A model generated the notes under the pieces. It made no database searches. It saw only the letters and a list, made by a program, of their open reading frames with translations, and was not told where the DNA came from. 34,410 nt of DNA. It comes from an uncultured Candidatus Peribacteria bacterium. GTDB taxonomy: Bacteria; Patescibacteriota; Gracilibacteria; BD1-5; JAGOOR01. Positions 9,704 through 22,583 of this stretch are shown in pieces; positions within the stretch are counted from its first letter, which is position 1; the number at the start of each line of letters is the position of its first letter. The DNA lies in contig CAYVZT010000003.1 of NCBI GenBank assembly GCA_964456455.1, forward strand, positions 1 to 34,410, given 5' to 3'. A program made the translations under genes and the position numbers.

Positions 9704-10099
9704 TTATCTAAAAAATTTCACTATCAGTGTCGATACCGTCCCCGTAATAAATGCTCACCACAGAACATCAGTAATCGTGATAAACCATGGCCAATTTTTC
9801 ATGAAAACATGGTTCGTGAGATCATAGGTGCTATAAGCAAAAAATCCGAGGAGAGCGCCGCGGAGAAATACTTGTGAGAGAGGGGCAGTACCATGGAGAG
9901 CAGGATAGATCACAAAGTATATCATCCCTCCAATATAGATAGTATAAAAAAGAAGTGCTGGAATAATAGCGACCTTGCCAGAGGTAAGATGAGAGAGATA
10001 CTGCGCATACCACTTGGTGCCAAAGACAGATATCCACACTGCATCTATCGCGAGAAAGAGAGTGAGAGTAGAAACAAAGAGAAGAAAAATTTTGAACAT
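9704..10099 (-). CDS. DUF2177-like integral membrane protein
   Basis: ORF 9755..10099 plus read-through of TGA 9755-9757 ('...ITDVLWGAFITGTVSTLIVKFFR') to TAA 9704-9706. Four hydrophobic helices. 131 aa. Confidence 0.65.
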
Positions 10100-10104
10100 A
10101 ATAA

Positions 10105-11400
10105 TTATATTTCAAGCATCTTATAAAAATCACCTTTCTTTTTGACGTAGAGATCTTCTTGGCGTACCAGCTTGAGGTACTCTTCTGGGAAAATAAAATA
10201 TTTGAGTGCTTCTTCGAGATAAATAGTGTTCTGACTTCATTTTGCGAAGAGGAGATATCTATCCGGATCAGCAGCGAGAAGCTGACGGATGTATTCTCAT
10301 GCAACACGAGAGTCGAGTGTGAAAAATGTTTTTTCTCTCCAGTTCTCATCGACCAATGGCTGGATTACTTCACACGATACAGCACCAACAAAAATATAAT
10401 GATCGATATCAAATGTTTGGAGTTTTTCCCAGAGTTCTTCGTGTCTTTCTTTTTCGAGAGCACCGAGCTCACGCATATCTCAGAGAAGTGCGATTGTTTT
10501 TCTACCTTCTGTTTTTGCAAGTCGAGCCAGCATCTCGACGCCAGCAACTATAGGATCAAATCCTCCATTATACGTGCCATCGATGACGAGGCTGTCATGG
10601 AGTCCTCGAAGGACATTTCCACGCGCATTTGGCAGATGAATATGTCTGAGAAATGAGATAGTATCGAGCGGTGGTATTCACATCTCCCCTGCCACAAGAA
10701 ACGCTCACGCAAGGAGCTCAATATGATGAGCACCAAGTATCGGAGAAACAATATGATATGAATCTCATTTGTAAGAAAAATCTCATTCGAGCCCATCTGG
10801 ATGCTCGACGACATTTGAGAAAACGAGATCACTCCTACGAGCATCTCTACCATACCAGAGCTGACAAACAAAATCAGATTGATGGACATCGTCTCCATTA
10901 CCGATAGCAAAGGTATTTTTATATTTCCTACGAAGGAGTTTTTTCTTTTCGTTGAAATAATTCTCCGCACTACCAAATCATTCTATATGACTCGGTGAAA
11001 GCTTTGTAAAGAGAGCTATATCTGGCTCGACTATCTGTATCTGTATGTCCATTTCACCAGTATGATCGACACCATATTCTAGCACGAGTATACGGGGATA
11101 TCTCGGACGTATCAGTGTCCATATTCCTGCAAAAAAAGCGATCACCCAAGCACGAAAACTATGTCATCCACTTCGTACCTGCAGAACAGAAAACGCGAGT
11201 CACCATTCACCATTATAATTTCATTCTGGAGAATAGACATCACGACCAGCACGACGAAGTATTTCAGTGATGATATGACGAACAGTAGTTTTACCAAAAG
11301 AGCCTGTGACACCTATCACAAATGGTTTGTGACGAAGGACACAAAGACGAGCCAAAAGACAAAAAAATTGGCGAACAAAAATACGAAATATTTTTTTCAT
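10105..11400 (-). CDS. murF: Mur ligase family protein (MurF-like), lacking the usual N-terminal domain
   Basis: ATG 11398-11400 lies 8 nt after the upstream stop. P-loop 'FVIGVTGSFGKTTV' begins near residue 20. Then 'GNYNGEWGLAFSVL', 'LEYGVDHTGEMD' and 'DGTYNGG' after TGA=Gly read-through. The frame is open to TAA 10105-10107 (431 aa). Confidence 0.7.
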
Positions 11401-11410
11401 ACAAACAGAT

Positions 11411-12925
11411 TTATACACCCCACTCACAGACAGGCCAATAATGATTGTTGTTTGATTGAGTATCGCGGACACATCCACATGCCTGATCATAGGTGTCAGG
11501 GTCGAGGATATGCTTGATACGACAGCTCAGATAATCGAGTATGCTTTTAGCTATGACACTTGAGGTAGCACCTGGTTCATCAAAGGCCTTCTCCACAATA
11601 CCTCAAAATACATGAGGAATACCCATATCGTATGCTACGAATTTTTGAGTATCGACATACCAATCACCAACTGTCATACCAAATTCTCCCGTTTTCTTAT
11701 CAATTTGAGTATCTTTTTGTGATTTTAGGAGAGCCATCTGTGACGGGAGATAGTATTCATAATTTTCAAAAAAAGTTTGCTGTGCTTTCGCTGTGACGAG
11801 GTACTGCATAAACTTTATCACTGGATCGTTGCCTGGTTTTTCACGATTACGATTGATGCCATTTTTCATCATAGCAAAATACATAAATCGAGAAAGATTT
11901 GTCTGCTTCTTTGCCTCATCTTCTACCTGTGGTATCGTTGTCCAACGAAGATTTTTTACAAATTCTGGATCGAGAGCTTTATCTTTTTTCGCTCGTTTTT
12001 GTGCCAGCAGTATCTCTCGTTCTGTCGATGGATAGCCGACAAGAGTGGCTACTTTTCATCTGACAAATAAATCAGTCGTCGTCAGTGTATTATCAAATGC
12101 ATCCTTGAATTGTCCGAGATTATTTGGCTCACGACGGTACTCTAGGAGTCTATCAATGATTGAGCGAGATTCGACACTGTCTATAGTTTTGTATGAATTG
12201 AAATTTATGCCCTTATACTGGATCGTGAGAAGCGGCAAAATATCACCACTGTCAGGCGTAGCACGACCATATCCGAGAGAAACAGCAGAAATTTTATTTT
12301 TCTTTGCATCATCCGAGAGCAAATCACCGATATTTTTCCAAAATGTCGGTGCAGTCGGCATGACATTTCGATTGTAGTAGATACCCAGAGGCTCAAATCA
12401 GACAGGTATGCCTCGCAAACCTCGAACGATTTTGTCAGCACCATTCACTTTTTGTTTTTCCTCAAACATCAGCTCATCGACAAAGAGTGGATGAAAACGG
12501 TTCTCAAAATCAGAAAAGTCTATGAGATTTTCTCCGAGTGAAACAATGTATGGATCAACATAAAAATTCCCGCCATGATTAGGGACCAATACGACATCTG
12601 GAGAAGTACCAGCCTGGACGACACGTGGCAAAACATCGAGCAAATCTTCATACGAAGCAAAGTCTCGGACTTTGAGCTTCATATCATTTCTATTGAGGTA
12701 GTCATTATATCATTTATTGAGTGTCTCAAATAATGTAGGAGACATATTCACGGACCATATCACGACTTCTTTTGTTTTTGGTTTAAATCCTTTCGCATTT
12801 TCAGTTTGAGTCGTGCGAGAAAGCGTCAAAACAAAACCTAAAATAATCAGAAAACAAAGAGAAATGATCCCCACAAAAATAAGCTTTCGTTTATTTGGTG
12901 ATGGAAGTGGAAGTGTATCAGCCAT
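11411..12925 (-). CDS. membrane-anchored extracellular solute-binding protein (ABC SBP family 1-like)
   Basis: Five track ORFs (12710..12925, 12398..12682, 12056..12361, 11603..11884, 11411..11596) are one frame joined by single TGAs. I translated the 11885..12055 gap and found no TAA/TAG. N-terminal TM 'LIFVGIISLCFLIILGFVL'. 'TSPDVVLVPNHGG' and 'GLRGIPVGFEPLGIYYNRNVM' are SBP-like. Confidence 0.7.
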
Positions 12926-12995
12926 GATAATATGTATTGCTTAATTAAAGAAAAATCTCTCAAAAAATAATACTCTTTCTCTGTGAAAATCAAAT

Positions 12996-14291
<1,296 letters not shown>

Positions 14292-14419
14292 AGAATAATG
14301 TAATTAAGCGAAGTATATGCGATACGTTCAAAGTCGCAAGAAAAGAGATTTTTTTTATTTTTATTGACATATGAAATATTTGAATATAAAACGATGAAAT
14401 ATCATAACATTTTACTTTG

Positions 14420-14878
14420 ATGGAACCACCTGAATGCGATCCAGATATCGTGAAAAGAGCTGAAACAAAAGATACAGCTGAAATCTACACATTTCTAGAA
14501 AAAATACGAGCACTCACCGGAAATGCTCTCCGAGCACGGACACAAGGTGAAATACAAAACAACATAGATGATTTTGTGGTGATTTGTGAAGGAGGAAACG
14601 TCATAGCCTGCGGACAAATCTTTCAAACAGATAATAGCTTCACTCTTGAGCTCTGAGCGCTAGCAACAGATCCAAAATATCAGTGACAATGATTGAGTGA
14701 TAAGATCATCGATTATGCAGAAAAATTTGCCAAACGAGAGAGGAAATATCTGATACTCGTCACCAATAATCCCATTCTCGGACAAAAACTCATCGAGCGA
14801 TGATACCATCTCGCTTCTCTTCGATATGCTTGGAGAGAGCAACGGTCACCGACCAAATCTGTATATATGAAGTATTAA
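14420..14878 (+). CDS. GNAT family N-acetyltransferase (ArgA-like small form)
   Basis: ORF 14417..14656 continues through four TGAs: '...TLELGALATDPKYQGQGLSDKIIDYAEKFAKRERKYLILVTNNPILGQKLIERGYHL...'. The Q/RxxGxG acetyl-CoA motif glycines are TGA codons. TAA at 14876-14878. Confidence 0.75.
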
Positions 14879-15543
14879 TTTTTCATTTTCACATGCGCCG
14901 TCACTGGCTCATGATCAGACGCTGTCATTTCAGACAATACAGCACTACTCTCTAAACGAAAATGTGGAGAAAAAAGTATCTTATCGAGTTCGCCTCGTGC
15001 CAGTCAGGATGGTATGTATTTTCACCAATTATGTTCCATGCGTCGCTTGTCATGTGTTCACTCGGCATGACGAGTATGACCAAATCCAGAATCACGAAGA
15101 AGAGAAAACATGATACGGAACTCCCAGGGCAAAATACAATTCGTATCCAGTGCTAAAAGTGTCGGGGTTTCGCCAGCATATCTCAATATATCCCTGAGTA
15201 CAGTATAGCGTTCCCGTGGAGCGAGCCCATGTCGTAGCTTCCCTGTCAAGACAGAAACAGGATGTGGTGACTGGACATCCACTTTCAAAAACGTGCGTGT
15301 CGTACGACCGAAAGAGAGAGATTCTGGACAAATCAAATCAGTGCCAAATGGTGCAATAATCATATTCTCATCTCTCTGAACCGAAACCGGTAATACTCCT
15401 GCAATTTTTCTTCATATATCATCAGTTACCTCTTGCAGACATATGAGAGAATCTGGGTGTTTTTGAGCCAATTCTTGGACTACGGGCACGACTTCTCCAG
15501 AGTGATTACGTTGCACATTGTATGTAATAATTTTTACTGACAT
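14875..15543 (-). CDS. endonuclease/exonuclease/phosphatase (EEP) family protein
   Basis: 'MSVKIITYNVQRN...LICLQEVTDDI' with ORF 15058..15363 in the same frame, C-terminal '...SDHEPVTAHVKMKN'. The ATG is 1 nt after the xth stop. The stop overlaps the convergent GNAT stop by 4 nt. Confidence 0.75.
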
Positions 15544-15544
15544 A

Positions 15545-16309
15545 TTACTGCAATACAATTCCGACTGGGCAATGATCAGAGCCCATAATATCGGGATGAA
15601 TCGTCGCATCGGTAATACGAGAAACGAGTGGTCGTGATGCCAAGAAATAATCGATTCTCCAACCAGAGTTATTGGCACGAGCATTATTGAAATTAGACCA
15701 CCAAGTATACGCTCCGGTGAGATCAGGATTTCTCTCACGAAAGACATCGACAAGTCCGATATTCATAAAAGCATCAAATCCTCTTCTTTCTTCCAACGTA
15801 AATCCATGAACTCCTTCATTTTGTTTTGGATTTTTGAGATCTATCGGCTGGTGTGCGACATTGAGATCTCCACAAAATAGCACAGGTTTATGGACTTGGA
15901 GCTTATCCAGAAAAACACACATAGCGTTATCCCATTCTTGACGATATGGAAGTCGGGAGAGGTCATCTTTGGAGTTTGGAATGTAGGAATTCACAAGATA
16001 AAAATCAGGAAATTCGAGAGCCAGAGTACGTCCCTCATTATCAGCTTCTGTGCCAATACGATTCATCACAGCCATCGGAGGAATTTTTGTAAAAACAGCA
16101 GTGCCCGAATATCCCGGTCGTTCAGCTGAGTTAAATATACATTCATAACCAAGAGACTGGATGATATCAGTTTCAGCGATGATTTGCTCTGGCTTCGCTT
16201 TGATTTCTTGGAGACCGATAATATCAGGATTTAATTTTTGAAGAATCTCAGGAAATCACTTTTTCATAACAGCCCGGATTCAGTTTACGTTCCAAGAGAT
16301 GAGTTTCAT
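15545..16309 (-). CDS. xth: exodeoxyribonuclease III
   Basis: ORF 15545..16075 ('...GDLNVAHQPIDL...WRIDYFLAS...GSDHCPVGIVLQ') extends upstream through TGAs to 'MKLISWNVNGIRAVMKKGFPEIL...GLQEIK' (ATG 16307-16309). Confidence 0.92.
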
Positions 16310-16317
16310 AAGATAAT

Positions 16318-16560
16318 CTATCTAATAAAAATACTTTCAATAAATTGAACAATAATAGATGCTATATCTGAATATCTATTTTTACTGAAAATTATTGCCA
16401 ACAAAACAAATAATAACATCCAAATCGCTACAAAGACTCCATAATATATTTCTGATATACCCAAACTCTTTAATTCATACCCAAAAATCTGTAACAATAA
16501 AGGGAAGAAAAATGGCAGAATTCAAATAATAATGAAGAGAGTTCCTTTATGTATTTTCAT
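16318..16560 (-). CDS. hypothetical small membrane protein (80 aa)
   Basis: ATG 16558-16560 to TAG 16318-16320, with one in-frame TGA. Two hydrophobic helices ('ILPFFFPLLLQIF', 'VFVAIWMLLFVLLAIIF'). Packed between rseP and xth. Confidence 0.45.
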
Positions 16561-16564
16561 ATAA

Positions 16565-17770
16565 TTAATTGTGAATAAATATATCTTTCCAGGTGATCAA
16601 AATCGTGGCAAAAATGATAATCATAAAACCTATAGAGTGAATCATCTGTTCGGTGCGAGGAGATATCTTGAATCGAGGATTGATAACGTGGATAATCTGG
16701 TTCACCAGAACGATGAGACATCGTCCTCCATCGAGCGCAGGAAAAGGGAGGAGATTAAAGACTCAGAGACTGAGAGAAATCATAGCAACCATGATCACCA
16801 CTGCACGCAGACTGACTCCATGATCAGCCAAACCGATAAATACACGACCGATAGCAACTGGTCCACCTATACCAGCAGTAGCTTCTTGTTTTTCTGCACG
16901 AGATGCAGTGTCCGAAAAACTCGTATGAATAATGGCTCGAAAGGTATGAAAAGAAAATGAAATCTGCATCATGACTTCTCGACATCCATGCAGGAGTGAC
17001 GAAAACAATCAATATTGGTATCGTGTTGGTATGATATTTGGAGCTACATAGGCACCTATTTTACCTTTTTCTGGGACAACAGTGATGGAGATTTCTCGGT
17101 TATCACGCATGACGCGGAGCGTATGAGATCATGTGGTAGCAGAGATGATATGGCTGAAATCTTTCGGACGCAACATCGGAACTCAGTCAATGTCCAGAGC
17201 GATGTCACCCGATTGAACACCAGACTTGAGGGCTATAGAATCCGGGAGAGGATCGAGAATGATTCCAGGTAGATGTCTTATGACTCCAGCTTTTTCAGCA
17301 TCTTCGAGAGTATCAAATATAGGGATAAGTTGCGTACCAGAACCAACATGCGAGAGGAGAGCATTTGGCATCATCTCACGTATATGGAGCGTGAGAGGCT
17401 CAGTACCATAGAAAAAGAGAGAGGCAAAAAGAAGTGCAGAAAGTAAAAAATTCATGGTGACCCCTGCGAGCAATATAGCAACCTGCTTCCACCATTTTGC
17501 CTGAGGAAGGGCGTCCTTTTCTCGACTCTCTGGAGCAGATATGTCCTCTCACTTGAGTCGCACAAATCCTCCAAGAGGAAGCCAATTGAGAGTCCATTCG
17601 GTTCATTTTTTATCTCGGAAAAGTCTCTTGAGTCTCGGAGGTATACCGATACCAAACTCATCCACCTTGACGCCACACCAACGAGACAAAAGAAAATGCC
17701 CCATTTCATGAATAAACACTACAATAAAGAAAACGAGAGCTGTCAGTAGTAGTCCTATAAACAAAGTCAT
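16565..17770 (-). CDS. rseP: RIP metalloprotease RseP (site-2 protease, M50)
   Basis: 'FIHEMGHFLLSR' (HExxH), a central PDZ-like segment, and 'LSLGVFNLLPFPALDGG' (NxxPxPxLDG with a TGA-encoded Gly). ORFs 17183..17473 and 16763..17008 share the frame. 401 aa. Confidence 0.9.
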
Positions 17771-17884
17771 AACAAGAAAAGAGATTTACTGCCCTATTGT
17801 ATTTATTGTCCACGAGAGCACAAACTCCTTTTTCAAAAAATGCTAAATCATTGACAGAGAAAATAAAAATACGAGAATAAAAAT

Positions 17885-19735
17885 ATGATAAAAATACACC
17901 CCCTCTTCGTCATGCCAGCACTGTGTCTACTCACCAGTTGCAGTGTACCATTTTTAGACAATCAAAAAGTAGATACACCAATTCCCTTGGAAAATATCCC
18001 TACTTCATGAATGGTGAATACGCCACCAATAGTAGGACCAGAATTACCTCCGCCTGTATACACTTCCCCTTCAGCAGTAGAAAATGCGATACCTAGCAAT
18101 CAACCCCCTCAGAGTGTCGAGTTACCCCTTGCTTCATCACTCTGAAAAGAAAAACTCTGCGTATCAACACTCTGTATCAATCCAGACAAACCATATTTTG
18201 AATTCTGAGACTCCTATGTGCAGTTCTATATAAATTCAAAATTTATCAATGATCAACCAGTCACACTAGAGCCAAAAGATTATGTGTACGCAAAAAAAGC
18301 ACAGGTCACAACATATAGTAATGGTGAAAAAAATGTCAGCTCAAGTGATCCAGATGTCATGGACAATATCATGATACAGATAAAAAAGGATGGTACATCT
18401 GCAGACTACAGCGAGATGTGGATGGGAGGAGAATTCAAAACTATCAAAAAGATGTCGAACGGTATTCTCATGATACAAAAAGGAACATGAAGTTGTGGAT
18501 GAGCAAACATCGAACAATACTTCATAAATGAAAAAAATATACAAATACCTCTCAAAAATGCAGTAGGAGAATTTCCAAAAAAATTCTCAGTAGCAGGCAT
18601 CCCCTTTGACTCGTATGTACCCGAAGGTAATGTCCTCTACCAAGGTGTCGCAAATCTACCTGATGCTCCAGAAAGAATACATGATATATGGTCTATAAAC
18701 GACAATATAGGTGAAAAAATAATGGACTATATTCTCACCAAAAAACGCTTCAATAAATCATACGCCATAGAATTTAGAGAGTATCCTGGTACGGTATTTT
18801 TCTATAAATCATGAGTAGAAAATTCTATCGCTGTAATACGCCTCCAGACAAATGGAAAAAAAATAGATAAAAATGGTGTCGTCCAGGACAAGGCTCTCAC
18901 ACGGGAAATTTTTGACTACTACAAGCCCTACGATGAGAACAATTTTTACATACCCCAAAGCATACAAAAAAAGGGGGCACAAGATTACAAAGTATTTACA
19001 GCCGATGATATCGACAGCATCATGCCTGTTTTCCGAGTAAGACTTTTCGTTGATGATTATTATCTCCTCTATACGACTCCTGAGTATATCTCCGCTCCCC
19101 TTGCCGAGATGTGTAAACCAGTCATCTACGTCTATGACGACACCTCAAAAGCGAAATCAGTAAGAGTAAAGATGCCTCTTGGTGGAACTTTTACAAAGAT
19201 TATTCCTGACTTCAATACCAATCATGATACATGGATTTTCTCTGCGAATAAAACAGGACAGATTGTTTCTCCGGGAAATACTGAAACATTTGCTTACCTC
19301 TACTATTCAGCTGATATTCCTGGCTATGAATTTAACACACGGGGTTGGCAAGTCTGGTGAAGAGATGTAGAGAATTTTTTTGAAGAAAAACTCACAAAAG
19401 TTGGACTCAACAAAAAAGAAAAAGAAGATTTTATAGAATATTGGAAAAATGAATTTGAAGACAATACGCTCTATTTTATATCATTTAAATTCAACAAAGA
19501 AATCGAAAAATATATACAGCTGTCTTTTTCTGAGAACCCGAAAACTCTTCTACGAGTCATCATGGAGGCTTATCCTCTTGATCAGCAGCTCAGAAAAGCA
19601 AATTATGCATGGCCTGAAGTAGGAAGCAGATTTGATCGTGATCTTCTCACAAGTTTTGAACGAACAGGAGAATTTGATGTCGTAGAATGGTGATGAACGA
19701 TCTATAAATCAACTGGTGATGTCACGATATACTAG
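17885..19735 (+). CDS. hypothetical lipoprotein (616 aa)
   Basis: 'MIKIHPLFVMPALCLLTSC' gives a signal peptide plus lipobox L-T-S-C. ORFs 18218..18490 and 19022..19360 share its frame. I translated the whole span with only TGAs interrupting, and it ends at TAG 19733-19735. No family recognised. Confidence 0.7.
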
Positions 19736-21392
19736 ACGTATCTGTGTCTATGCCTGATTGGGGGTTATCATTCTATCGTTATGAGCCTTATTTATCGTAT
19801 TTTCTGAACAACCTGATGTCTCCATTGTGGTACTTCCCCATCACGGAATCACAGGAAATAATATAGAAAATTTTTATAAAGATTTGAGTAAAAAAGAGAT
19901 GCATTTTGACACCGTATTTGTGGTATCACCTGATCATTTTTGACTGACAACTGCAAATGCCGAATCACTCCCAAAAGGCAATCAAAAAATATGTTACCGA
20001 GATATCTGCGGGACAGCTACTTCTCTCATAGGCTATGAAAGCAAAAACAGCAAACAACTCTACCCAAAACATGCTTCGATAATAGAGCATGGCCTCGGAG
20101 AACACATACAGAGAATTGTTCGTTATTTCCCACAAAGTACTATCGTGCCTCTGGTCGTAAAAAGAGAAAATCATGTGACAGATTTGGGTCGAAAAATAGC
20201 CAAAGATATACTCTATTTTTCCAAACATAAAAAAACATTGGTCGTGATTTCTGTGGATTTTTCTCATCATGTCCCAGAACCATTTGCTCAACTCCATGAC
20301 CAGAAAAGTATCAACACTCTCTCATGGGGCGAGACGAGAGATTTTGATGCTCTCGAAGTAGATTGTCGTAATTGTTTATTTATAGGAAAAGAAATTGCAA
20401 AAAAAGTATGAAAACCATATATAAAAATATGGGGCCGAACAAGTGTAGAAAGTATCTCCGGAGAAAAAGTGGGGACACAAAATACATCTCATGTTTTTGG
20501 TACATTTGTCAGCGAAAAAATCTGATCTCCTGGGGCGTTATTTCTCTTTGCTGGTGACACACACTGGTGAAGAGATTTTGATAAAAATGAAAAAACAAAA
20601 CCATTATTATTTGAGAGAATCATGCGTATTTTTTATCAAGAAAATGATATATCAAAAACCCCCTCTACATGGTATCATCGTATTCTGTCTGGGTTTGATG
20701 ATGTCGTAGTCAATTTTGAATCAACAATTGCTGATACCCATACATGCATCGAAGATGGAAAAAAAATACAGATAATTACGAAAGAAGAAAATATAAAAAA
20801 ATTGGCTGATATCGGTATCAATACGGTCAGCATAGCGAATAACCACACGCGAGATTGTGGAGAAAATATATTTCAAAAAATGTACGATCTATTTCCAAAA
20901 TATGGCATAGATGTCGTAGGAGAAAATCATGATTTTATAAAAACAATTTATGGAAAAAAATACGCTTTTGTATCGATAAATACAATCGAACAGAAATATG
21001 ATATAGACTCAAGTATCAATCGGATACACGAATACAGCGCAAAAAAAATACCCGTCATAGTCAATATACACTGGTGACATGAATATGAAAAGAAACACAC
21101 ACCAGAACAAGAAGCCATAGCACACAGACTCATCGATGCCGGAGCGAGGCTTATCATCGGACATCATCCACATGTCGTACAAGAAGAGGGATATTATAGA
21201 GGAGCCCCTATTTATTATTCTCTTGGAAATTTTGTCTTTGATGAGACATCTCCAGAAACTGAGCAATGATGGCTCGTATGATGTGATATATCAGAGTCAC
21301 ACACTTCGTGTCAAAAAGTATCAATATATCGCTGAAGAGATCTGACTCTAGGATGGAAACTCAATATTAGGAAAACTGGGCTAAATCAATAA
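19719..21392 (+). CDS. fusion protein: N-terminal TM anchor + Memo/AmmeMemoRadiSam-B-like domain + CapA (PGA_cap) metallophosphatase domain
   Basis: Single frame through ORFs 20145..20411 and 20622..21077. Memo-like motifs: '[10 protein letters not shown]', 'VVSPDHFG', 'IIEHGLGEH', '[10 protein letters not shown]'. CapA motifs: '[14 protein letters not shown]', '[12 protein letters not shown]', 'VNIHWGHEY', '[10 protein letters not shown]', 'YSLGNFVFD'. TAA 21390-21392. Confidence 0.75.
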
Positions 21393-22008
21393 CACGATTC
21401 TCTGGGTGTGCAGCAAAAAGAGTACGGTCATGCGTTGCAAAAACAATAGTCACTCAATAAGTCTGAATTTTTGTGAGAAGCTCGATGATGCTTGTAGTAT
21501 TTTCTGCGTCGAGGCTCGCAGTAGGCTCGTCAGCGAGTATGACATCAGGCTCATGTATAAGGGCTCGGGCAATCGCGACTCTCTGTGCTTCACCACCAGA
21601 GAGATGCTCAGGATAATCATGAGATTTGTGGAGCATAGAAACAGCCGAGAGGACCTGATGCGTCCGCTCATGGATACTAGCCATTGAGTATCCACAAATC
21701 TCCATTGCATAGGCGATATTTTCTGCGACTGTTTTTGTGGGAATGAGTTTATGATCCTGAAAAATCATACCACAGGTACGACGATACGATCGGAGATCTT
21801 TGGCAGATAATCTATAAATATCACGCCCTTTGTTATCAATAAAAGATCATACGAGCGGCTTTGAGAGACCAAATATAGTTTGCAAAAAAGTCGTTTTACC
21901 GCTGCCAGATGGACCATCAATAAATACCCATTCACCCTTTTTTATCTCAACATCGACTCCGAAAAGTATGGCTGCCTTATGACCGAGAGTTGCGTGGAGA
22001 AATCGCAT
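21367..22008 (-). CDS. ftsE: ABC ATPase, cell-division FtsE-like
   Basis: Walker A 'GPSGSGKTT', '[10 protein letters not shown]', signature '[15 protein letters not shown]', Walker B 'VILADEPT'. TGA 21454-21456 gives '...[12 protein letters not shown]'. 213 aa. The 3' end overlaps the convergent CapA fusion by 26 nt. Confidence 0.85.
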
Positions 22009-22010
22009 AG

Positions 22011-22583
22011 TTATTTACAAGTGAAAGTAGAGAGAACTGTTTTGTATTTATTATAATTATCCATGAGAGTATCGTTATCAAGACCAAAGGTGAGAAGATA
22101 GACTTTTTTACCACAAATACGTGCTGTTTGCATAAAAAGGTGTTCTTCTGTTACCTCGTTATACTTTGCATGAAATATCTCGAGCCTTGATGATTCACCG
22201 TCAGCAAAAGTGATTTGTTCTTCGCTTTCAAGGGTCAAGGTCAGATATTCTTTTGCTGCCCAGAGCATACTCTGCTCGACATAGGCACTTGCAGTAGTTT
22301 CAGTGAGGATCTGATCTGAGAGAATAACAAAATTATTCATAAAACCTCGTCGATTCACGAGTGATTTCATAGCGAGTTCAATTTTTCCATGTACTGGGAC
22401 TGTGATATTTTTGCTGTCTACGACTTCCCAAGAAGCAGGAATACGTATCTCATAGCCAATTCCAGAATGTTTGGAAAGTCATGAATCATCGACTGTTGCT
22501 GTCTTAGATCCACCTATACCGAGACATCCTGAGAGGATAAAAATCAAAGAAAGAACAAATATTTGAGGAAGTATTTTTACCAT
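22011..22583 (-). CDS. hypothetical lipoprotein (190 aa)
   Basis: 'MVKILPQIFVLSLIFILSGC' contains lipobox L-S-G-C. ORFs 22479..22661 and 22011..22370 are joined by one TGA. The start ATG overlaps the upstream gene's stop (ATGGTAA). Confidence 0.6.

Noticed and set aside
9831-10976. ORFs 9831..10349(-), 10159..10656(+), 10548..10976(-) and 10671..10907(+)
   Set aside because: These are alternative-frame or antisense shadows over the MurF-like and DUF2177 genes. None carries a motif, whereas the table-25 frame gives P-loop, NYNGE and DHTGE Mur-ligase motifs.
14292-14419. T-box or other leader upstream of serS
   Set aside because: The divergent spacer is only ~125 nt and AT-rich, with no specifier or terminator-type helices. 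It more likely holds just the two promoters, for example TTGACA at ~14365.
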